A stretch of 64,000 bases of DNA from Candidatus Pacearchaeota archaeon (GTDB lineage Archaea; Nanobdellota; Nanobdellia; Pacearchaeales; UBA284). This document shows, piece after piece, positions 55,005 to 62,254 of the stretch. The notes below the pieces were generated by a model that was given only the letters and a program-made list of their open reading frames with translations, was not told the DNA's origin and made no database searches. Within the stretch, counting starts at the first letter, position 1, and every line of letters starts with the position of its first letter. The DNA is taken from the NCBI GenBank assembly GCA_038894195.1, contig JAWAPZ010000001.1, forward strand, positions 14,725 to 78,724, read 5' to 3'. Both the position numbers and the translations under genes were made by a program.

Positions 55005-55889
55005 TTAAACAATCTTGTTGACAAGTTTAGCCATTTCTTGTAAGAAAATATCTGTTCTTTCTTGCCACTTATCTATATCTTTTGCTTTAACTTCCAATTT
55101 GCGGCCGTGAAGAATATCATGAGCGAGTTTGTATAGCTCTTCATACCAAGAAACATATTTTATGTCAAGAAGTCTTTGATTCACAAACACTTCTTTTAGC
55201 ATATCCCCTATATGTTCTGGCGAAGGTGGCAGTTTTTTTGCTGCAATAAGCGCAGCATGACTTGAATCAACCATTGCCCAATACATTCCTTCTATGCTAT
55301 TCAATAGTGCAGCTTTGGTTCTTAAAAGATGAGTAGGAGCTCGTTGCAACATAACATAGATTGCCTCTGGTGTACTTTTTATTTTTCCTTGAGCAAGTAA
55401 AATTTTTAATGGGTTAAAAAAACCACCAAAATCAATTATAGCTTGACCATATCGAATAACATTTATAACTACCGGCTCTCCTCTAAGAAGTTCTTGCCAC
55501 CAGGTTGACAAACGAACAGTATTTATATGCAAAGTTCGTTGATAAGGATTCTGTCTCACTAATTTACCAAGTTCCTCCCGATACCAAGCCACTAGTTCTT
55601 GATCCCACTGTATTGAACAATCATCTATAAGAATAATCAAGTCAATATCTGAAGTGCTTTTGCTCTTTCTTTTTGCTGCTGAACCAAATAACACAATTGA
55701 TTTAATTATCTTACCGAATCTCTCATAAACTTTAGTTGCAAAATCATAAGCAATTTCATATTCTTCTTTCAGTTTAAGGGTTGAAAACTTCGGAACTTTT
55801 GGAGCTTTCAAAGTTTTTTTCATTTGACCTCTTTTATAAGTTATTGAAGAATTTTGATTTTTTAAAGTTTGTGTTACATAGAATGACAA
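55005..55889 (-). CDS. minimal nucleotidyltransferase (Pol-beta superfamily) with C-terminal helical domain
   Basis: The LFGSAAKRKSKSTSDIDLIILID motif (GS-x10-DxD). The start is uncertain (TTG 55889 or ATG 55823). The C-terminal helical bundle may be HEPN-like, but no clear R-x4-6-H motif is present. Confidence 0.65.
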   Translation of the reverse strand: MSFYVTQTLKNQNSSITYKRGQMKKTLKAPKVPKFSTLKLKEEYEIAYDFATKVYERFGKIIKSIVLFGSAAKRKSKSTSDIDLIILIDDCSIQWDQELVAWYREELGKLVRQNPYQRTLHINTVRLSTWWQELLRGEPVVINVIRYGQAIIDFGGFFNPLKILLAQGKIKSTPEAIYVMLQRAPTHLLRTKAALLNSIEGMYWAMVDSSHAALIAAKKLPPSPEHIGDMLKEVFVNQRLLDIKYVSWYEELYKLAHDILHGRKLEVKAKDIDKWQERTDIFLQEMAKLVNKIV

Positions 55890-55973
55890 ATTAAATTAGT
55901 CGTCCTAAAGATTTTAGTAATAAATTATAACAAGTCTGTTGGTGGTTATTTTAAATAAAATATTTTTCTTTTT

Positions 55974-57842
55974 TTACTCCATTGGTGCACCAGAGAACCT
56001 TTGACCTCGACCAGGAACCTGGCCACCTAGTTCTTGAGGTAAAGCTGAAAAACCACCACCATAAATATTAAAATGCTGTTCAGGAAAAATTGATCCGTAA
56101 CCTAAACTATAAGGTCCTTGTAAATAAGGTAACTGGTTCCAGAAAGGTCCCCTTGGTTGGTAAGAATATGCTGGCGGTCCAAGAGCTTCAAGAGTTGCTG
56201 GAAGAATAACTCTGCCAGCCTCTCTACCTAAATTCAGCAAGCCACCAGCTTCGATTACCTGCTTAAGTTTACCTGCTTTCTCCAATTCCTTTAAAAGTTC
56301 TTTGAAAGGAACCTCGCCCATGCCTGGAGGCAAGTGGGTGTCCTCAAAACCGAAGTTATCTGTCAAATGCACGAATTTGACAAATGGCGCTATAGCTCCT
56401 GTTTCTTCGATTATTTCTTCTTTTTCATAGCCATGTTTTTTTAGCATGAAAGCGTGCCCAACATCCCATGTTGCTCCTATTAGGTTTTCGGCAATTTGTC
56501 TGGCTTTATCATAGCTATAACCTTCATTAACTGCTTTTTCTATGAATTTTTTCCTTGACTCCTCAATCAGTTTTCTTAGAGAGTCGGCTCTGCTAAAAGC
56601 CATATTGGGGTATATATTCTCTAGAGCAATTACAGGGGCTTTATTCCCATATTTTTTGTATGCATGCAAAGCGACATTCGCCACTGTCTCAGAAGTGTGT
56701 GGCAAAGAAAACTCCTCTATAGACTTATAAATTTTTGGGGGGCTTATTCTAGCAATTTCATTAAGATTATGTAATGCTTTAGAAAAAACTTGATGCATCA
56801 CGACTGGTTCGCGAGATTTTTCAGCCGAGTAAATATCATTTCCAATTTCCTTTATTTTTTCTAATGCTTCTTCGTATTTTTTTCTTTCTTTTTCATTTGT
56901 TTCTCTTTTAATTGCTTCACTGTAGTCTTTATAAATCTCGTTAAATGCTCCACTTAACTTTAGTGCAACATCCTCGTAAATTGGAACCACCGCGTTAATT
57001 TGAGTAAAAGCTTCATACTGCTTTTGTGTTAAATTTCTATTGATAGAATCTAATTCCTCCTTCAGCTCTGGCGTCGGTCCTTGCTCCAGGATTTTTTTCT
57101 CGATTGCTTTCAACTCGCTCCAAACAGGGGCTATGATTGGAAATGCTCTGCTCAAAACTTCTTCTGCATGAATAAAATCTTTATTGATATCCACAATTCT
57201 AGTGCGCCAGTGGGTTTGGTTTACTGCCTCAAGTTGATCTTCTGTTGTAAAAGTAACTTTTCTTACTCCTTCTGGTCCAGGGTAGAATTTTTCTTCATAT
57301 GGTAAAGGAGCTATTTGATTTGTTTCTGTATTTATTGCATAAACCAATGCTTTTTCTTCTGGAGCTTTTTTCCACCATTCTGTCGATGGCATCATAGATG
57401 CGTGAACTGTTACTGGTATATTGCCTGAAGGATCTAACGCATGAGCTCGATCTATGACGTTTTTAAGTTGCATTTCAGCTTCTTGTCTGGAATGTTCACT
57501 CCATTCACCACGGCCACCGAAACCCGCTGGATCAATAATTGGTGCGTGCATTGAAGGTTCAGCACCAACGAGTTTATGTAATTGCCTCACCTCATCAAAA
57601 AGCTGTTTTGGGATGTTTTCAAAAGTTCTTGGATCAAGAACATTTACCATGACACCTTTAACCCCTGAGCTTAACCTATCACTTGCTTCTGTGATTATAT
57701 TTGCTGTTTGTGGATTAGTATGTAATTGTAAAGACGAGAAAGGAACCCTATAACCAAGAAATAAAGGACCGTAGGTTGGTTCTAGCTGAGAGTAAGTACC
57801 CTCATAAAAAACTTCATAGCTTTTTGGTTGTTCGTACACCAT
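55974..57842 (-). CDS. endonuclease IV-like / AP-endonuclease-2 (xylose-isomerase-like) TIM-barrel protein with a ~225-aa helical insertion and a Gly/Pro/aromatic-rich tail
   Basis: Candidate ligands are SMH99AP, VTVH147AS, ALE408N, WD460VGH463, FVH492LTDN, ED501TH503 and VIE531AGG. They reproduce the order and most spacings of the nine Nfo metal ligands (from memory). HLTDNFGFEDTHLPPGMGEVPF is close to the EndoIV HLNDS...DRH..IG.G.I motif. Confidence 0.6.
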   Translation of the reverse strand: MVYEQPKSYEVFYEGTYSQLEPTYGPLFLGYRVPFSSLQLHTNPQTANIITEASDRLSSGVKGVMVNVLDPRTFENIPKQLFDEVRQLHKLVGAEPSMHAPIIDPAGFGGRGEWSEHSRQEAEMQLKNVIDRAHALDPSGNIPVTVHASMMPSTEWWKKAPEEKALVYAINTETNQIAPLPYEEKFYPGPEGVRKVTFTTEDQLEAVNQTHWRTRIVDINKDFIHAEEVLSRAFPIIAPVWSELKAIEKKILEQGPTPELKEELDSINRNLTQKQYEAFTQINAVVPIYEDVALKLSGAFNEIYKDYSEAIKRETNEKERKKYEEALEKIKEIGNDIYSAEKSREPVVMHQVFSKALHNLNEIARISPPKIYKSIEEFSLPHTSETVANVALHAYKKYGNKAPVIALENIYPNMAFSRADSLRKLIEESRKKFIEKAVNEGYSYDKARQIAENLIGATWDVGHAFMLKKHGYEKEEIIEETGAIAPFVKFVHLTDNFGFEDTHLPPGMGEVPFKELLKELEKAGKLKQVIEAGGLLNLGREAGRVILPATLEALGPPAYSYQPRGPFWNQLPYLQGPYSLGYGSIFPEQHFNIYGGGFSALPQELGGQVPGRGQRFSGAPME

Positions 57843-57872
57843 CTTTTTATAAGGTTTTCTTAATTTATAAAT

Positions 57873-58496
57873 TTAATATCCTCTTATTTTGTACCCTTCG
57901 ATGCTTCTTTCCTTTCTTTTTAATTCCTTTTTTGCTTCTTTTGGTTCTTTTTTGTACATTCTTTGATAAACGCCAGCACTGGCATCAATTGAAGCGTCCC
58001 TAACAATAAAATCACGAATTTGTGCTTCTTGACGTTCTGGAATAAATTTTCTAAATTCATTTTCTGGCCTGATTATTTCTGGCATCAAAACTTGACTAAA
58101 TTCTGCTTTCCTTTCAGAAAGTTGTATTTCTTTTGAGCCACGAAAATCGTAACTTGGAACTTCTGCATATTTTCCTTCTTCTCTTTCTCTTTCATGCCTT
58201 GCACTAGTTTCTTCAGATTCTGATATCTTGGTTGGTTCAGCAAGAATTTCTTCTATAGTTTTTGCTGGTTCTAGGCTAAAGGTGGGCTCAACACTAGTTC
58301 CAATCACTTGTTCCTCAGCTAGAACAGAAGTTCTTATTTTTTCTATGTTAATTTTAGGTTCTTTTTCTTTTGGTTTCTCGTTCGCTTTTATTTTTTTCAT
58401 GTCTCCTTGCGGTTCTCTTGCCTTCTTTTCTTTTGTCTTTATTTTATTAGTTTCAAGAATTTTTTTTAATTTTTTTAGATTCAATTTCTTTTTCAT
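57873..58496 (-). CDS. Lys/Glu-rich, probably disordered protein
   Basis: ORF. The ATG at 58496 forms an ATGA overlap with the stop of the upstream 474-aa gene, and is preferred over the ORF-track start at 58526. Confidence 0.5.
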   Translation of the reverse strand: MKKKLNLKKLKKILETNKIKTKEKKAREPQGDMKKIKANEKPKEKEPKINIEKIRTSVLAEEQVIGTSVEPTFSLEPAKTIEEILAEPTKISESEETSARHEREREEGKYAEVPSYDFRGSKEIQLSERKAEFSQVLMPEIIRPENEFRKFIPERQEAQIRDFIVRDASIDASAGVYQRMYKKEPKEAKKELKRKERSIEGYKIRGY

Positions 58497-59917
58497 TTCC
58501 ATTCTGGTTCTAGAGCTTTTTGCCATTTCTCAAGTTCCCATTCTGGTGCTTCAAAGCTCGCCATTCCATGTGCTTTCTTATACTTATCATACACAGAAAA
58601 ACAAATATCAGCTGCTCTTAGTTCAGCCACCCTTCTTATTAAAGACTCGGAAAAATTATCTTTATTAATCTTTTTTAAATCAATCTCTTTTTCTTTTACC
58701 TTTTTTTTCTTTTCTGGCTTTTTTTCTTTTTCTTCTTTTTTTTCAGGTATTGGCCCAAAAAGCGAAAATTCCTTTTCTTTCTTTTCTTCTGTGCCTAAAA
58801 AATGCTCGATTTCTTCATGCATCTGATCCAAACTTTCGTCAGTTATTCCTTGATAGATTTTAAGAACTTCTTTCCAATCACTTTCTTCTATTTTTTTATT
58901 AAAAATTTTTAATTCATCTGAGTTTAATGTAAAAGCTTCAAATAAAATTTCAGCACGACCACCAAAAATGAAATGCCCCTGTGGTGTTCTAGAAGGAATT
59001 CCTCTAAAAACAAAATCAATGAGAACACAGGCATAGTACTTTCGTTTTGGTTTATATTCTATCATTTTTTTTGGCAATATTCCATTTTCCACTTCCTCTC
59101 TAATTTTTACCTCTTTTTTTCCAAAAAGTTTTAATTCCAGAATAATTGTATTAAAAGCATTTACAAGAGATGGTTCTTTTAAAGAAACATCCTTCATCCT
59201 TAACTGTTCTGCTGCTTTTAAGTAAGGTTTAACCCAACTGGTATAAAGTTTTAAACTATTCACTTGACTTTTCAAATAGCTCTTTTCTAACTCAAACCTT
59301 GTAGAGAGTTCTTTTTCGCTTCTTTTTACCCATTCAAAAAATTCAGCAAGACGCGGTTTGAGAATTCTTTTCACGCGATCATTAAGATCCATCTTGTCCA
59401 CCTCATCTACACTCTTACAAGCCATAAATGCGTCTCTAAGGGTTACAAAATTAAGCTCGGCTGCCATTAGATTTATACTTCCTCTACCGCGCTGCATATC
59501 AACTTTATCCATCCAAATTTGTTTTAATGCAAGCAATGCAGCTTCCTTCTTTTTTTCGTCTTTTAAGTCCTTGTAAACCTGCAATCTTATCTCAAATTCT
59601 TTTAAATCATAAAGTAAATTGATTATGCTCTTAAGGACTGTATTGACCGCGCCTAGAATTTTCATTGATTCTTCCTGCATTTTTGAGGCCTTGGCCCCAA
59701 GTTCTGAAAAATAACCCCCGCCAACCGAAGCTGAAAAATTATCAACTAATTTCTCAACTTCCATTCCTGATTCTTGCATAAAATCAAGTATCCAAAAGTA
59801 TATTGGCTCAAGCTGTTCTGAACTTGAGTCATAAACAAGTCTGCTTTTCCAAAGCGGTTCTTGTCGTTTAGGATCTGTCACCTTTTTTATTTCTTTCAAG
59901 ATGTCCTCTATCTCCAT
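58493..59917 (-). CDS. hypothetical 474-aa helical/coiled-coil protein
   Basis: Intact ORF. No nucleotide-binding or catalytic motif recognised. A K/E-rich linker precedes a conserved-looking C-terminal segment (RAADICFSVYDKYKKAHGMASFEAPEWE). Confidence 0.6.
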   Translation of the reverse strand: MEIEDILKEIKKVTDPKRQEPLWKSRLVYDSSSEQLEPIYFWILDFMQESGMEVEKLVDNFSASVGGGYFSELGAKASKMQEESMKILGAVNTVLKSIINLLYDLKEFEIRLQVYKDLKDEKKKEAALLALKQIWMDKVDMQRGRGSINLMAAELNFVTLRDAFMACKSVDEVDKMDLNDRVKRILKPRLAEFFEWVKRSEKELSTRFELEKSYLKSQVNSLKLYTSWVKPYLKAAEQLRMKDVSLKEPSLVNAFNTIILELKLFGKKEVKIREEVENGILPKKMIEYKPKRKYYACVLIDFVFRGIPSRTPQGHFIFGGRAEILFEAFTLNSDELKIFNKKIEESDWKEVLKIYQGITDESLDQMHEEIEHFLGTEEKKEKEFSLFGPIPEKKEEKEKKPEKKKKVKEKEIDLKKINKDNFSESLIRRVAELRAADICFSVYDKYKKAHGMASFEAPEWELEKWQKALEPEWK

Positions 59918-59961
59918 AAAAAATTCAAGTTTTTTGAGTTTTTATTGGTTTCGGTTTTGCA

Positions 59962-60333
59962 CTAAGAATTTATGAAGTGGGCTACCCTATAGAGCGCTTC
60001 TGATAATTCTCCAGGCACTCCTCTGGAAGATAGTTCTGAAAAAAATTCCATGCTCGTCATTCCATCAACAGACCTTTCTAGAGTAATTTCAAAAGAAGTT
60101 TGCTCCTTATCATAAACTATTGTCTCGCATTTGTTATCACGCCCTAAAACTAAAGATTCTATTTGTTCTTTACCTAGCTCGCCTTCACACTTAGAAACCA
60201 CTGCAACAATGCGTTTTTTATTGAAATAGGTACTTATAATGTAAGCAAGTCTTTGACCAGTTAATTGATACACAGCAGATGGATACATCCTGCTTCTATT
60301 GATAATTAGGTGCTTGCTTTTGAAATCTGACAT
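59962..60333 (-). CDS. hypothetical 123-aa protein (first gene of the operon)
   Basis: ORF only. Confidence 0.5.
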   Translation of the reverse strand: MSDFKSKHLIINRSRMYPSAVYQLTGQRLAYIISTYFNKKRIVAVVSKCEGELGKEQIESLVLGRDNKCETIVYDKEQTSFEITLERSVDGMTSMEFFSELSSRGVPGELSEALYRVAHFINS

Positions 60334-60484
60334 TTTGAATTTTTATTTTTTAATTAAAAAGGGTCTTTATAAAGATTGTTGTTCTAAAGAAAATAATTAT
60401 TTATATTTTTTAAAGAGCAAAATCTTTTTGGGCAAATTCCGGTAAAAACAAAAGATATTTAAAAAGACAAAGCTAAATATAGAG

Positions 60485-60808
60485 ATGCTTAAATTAAATA
60501 AGATCTTCAAAAAGCGAAAAGAGGAAAAAGAAGTAGTTTGGGGGAGCGACGTCTCGGTTCTAAAGGCAAGTATGCCAGGAAAAAGTAAAAGCACAGAAAT
60601 TGAAAATTCAAATCCAACAGAGACACCACTTGGATTTCTAAGTAATTTTGCTTCTGCTGCATCAAGTGAAGGAACAAGTAATGTTACAACAGGACATATA
60701 GAAAAGATTGAAAGACTTGACAGGAGATTAGACAGAATGATTGAAAGACTCGAGTTGCTTGAAAGGAAAATTGAAAGAATCGAGAACAGACTTGACCTAA
60801 AATACTAA
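60485..60808 (+). CDS. hypothetical protein with C-terminal heptad coiled coil
   Basis: ORF. The C-terminus is IEKIERLDRRLDRMIERLELLERKIERIENRLDLKY. Confidence 0.45.
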   Translation: MLKLNKIFKKRKEEKEVVWGSDVSVLKASMPGKSKSTEIENSNPTETPLGFLSNFASAASSEGTSNVTTGHIEKIERLDRRLDRMIERLELLERKIERIENRLDLKY

Positions 60809-60834
60809 GATGGAAAAATTGAAAGGTGGTTATT

Positions 60835-61317
60835 ATGAAATTTAAATTTCAGCAAAGAAAAATAAGTGACCAGGAACAAAAAACAAGGAAAAAAATCTGG
60901 TTTTTTATTTGGATTTTAATGATAATCTTTGTAATAGATCATTTGTTTAAGAACATTATTAAGGATGGTTGTTTTTTGTTCATATGTTTGAAGTATGCGA
61001 CAAATACAGGGGCAGCTTTCTCATTGCTTGCAGGGATCCCCTGGACAGGATTCCTGCTCATAGCAATAGCTTTGATAGTGCTTGCCATAGTTGGATACTT
61101 TTATTTTAAGTACAAAGAAAAAAAATTGTTGCGTGTATCTCTCGCATTAATTTTTGCAGGTACTTTGAGTAACACTCTTGATAGAATTTTTTTAGGATAC
61201 GTCATAGATAATTTTACCCTTTCATTCTGGCCAACTTTCACTGTATTCAATCTTGCTGATGTTACTAATCTGGTTGGTGTCATTCTTTTGATTACGTATT
61301 TGCTAAAAAAGAAATGA
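60835..61317 (+). CDS. lspA: lipoprotein signal peptidase (signal peptidase II)
   Basis: NTGAAFSLL, SNTLDRIFLGYVID and FNLADV match the conserved LspA boxes, including both catalytic Asp positions. Four TM helices. An SD-like AGGTGG lies 7 nt upstream of the ATG at 60835. Confidence 0.8.
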   Translation: MKFKFQQRKISDQEQKTRKKIWFFIWILMIIFVIDHLFKNIIKDGCFLFICLKYATNTGAAFSLLAGIPWTGFLLIAIALIVLAIVGYFYFKYKEKKLLRVSLALIFAGTLSNTLDRIFLGYVIDNFTLSFWPTFTVFNLADVTNLVGVILLITYLLKKK

Positions 61318-61683
61318 ATATTACTTCTTTATTAATTCTTTAAAGATATCTGTTACTCCATGTTCGCTGTGATAATTATGTTGTACCTACGCCAACGCTT
61401 TAATAAAATCTTCAATTTTTTGGTCTTTTATTCTTAATTCGTAATTTGATAGAAATATACGCTATAGGGATTTCCTTTATAGGACATTTCACCCTTCTCA
61501 GAAAATTTATAATTTTGTAATTGCTCATACTTAATTATCTTTATTTTTCTTAATATCGTTTACAAGATTTGGATTGCTCCCTCTAAAAGGTCGGGGTATT
61601 TAAATGAAAAGGAATAACAAGTAAGATTTTTCTATGAAACAAATTAATAGATTTTACTTTTTAGGGATTTATTTTCTTAATTT

Positions 61684-62229
61684 TTACAATCTTTTCCAAT
61701 TCCATGCTACTAAAACGATTATTGCAATTGCACAACCTAAAGCAAACCAAAGCCATTGTGAAAATGCTTGACTTGCTACAACTGCTTGTGTTCCATTTAG
61801 TGCTGTTGCTTTTTCCATTGCAATTTGCTGGGCAAAACTGCGTGATTTGTAATATAATGCAAGAAAAACAGTAAGAGCTGCTGAAATTATTGTTGCTGGC
61901 ACAATATTTTTTATCTTCGAATAAATGCTTGTTTTTTTAGGTGCTATAACAATTAATTTGTTCACGACTTTATACATATCAATTTTTTTACCTTTGATAC
62001 TGTAAAAAAAATTCTTGCTTTTTTCTATTATGCCTGCATCGAGCAATTTTTTTAAATTGTACTCAACAGTACTTATTGGAATTTTCAACTCACGTGCAAT
62101 ACCTTGCTCACTTGCTTCTTTTTCAGCAAGAAGATTTACTATTTTTTTACAAGTCTTGCTAGAAACAACCTCGCCAAGTTTTTTAGCTTTTTCATCTTCA
62201 AGAGAAAAGAGCAAATATTTTTCTGTCAT
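61684..62229 (-). CDS. ArsR-family winged-helix regulator with C-terminal TM helices (membrane-anchored)
   Basis: CKKIVNLLAEKEASEQGIARELKIPISTVEYNLKKLLDAGIIEK is an ArsR-type HTH. The hydrophobic C-terminal segments are IVPATIISAALTVFLALYY and WLWFALGCAIAIIVLVAW. Confidence 0.7.
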   Translation of the reverse strand: MTEKYLLFSLEDEKAKKLGEVVSSKTCKKIVNLLAEKEASEQGIARELKIPISTVEYNLKKLLDAGIIEKSKNFFYSIKGKKIDMYKVVNKLIVIAPKKTSIYSKIKNIVPATIISAALTVFLALYYKSRSFAQQIAMEKATALNGTQAVVASQAFSQWLWFALGCAIAIIVLVAWNWKRL

Positions 62230-62254
62230 TTTTAATTTTGATCGTTTTTATGCT

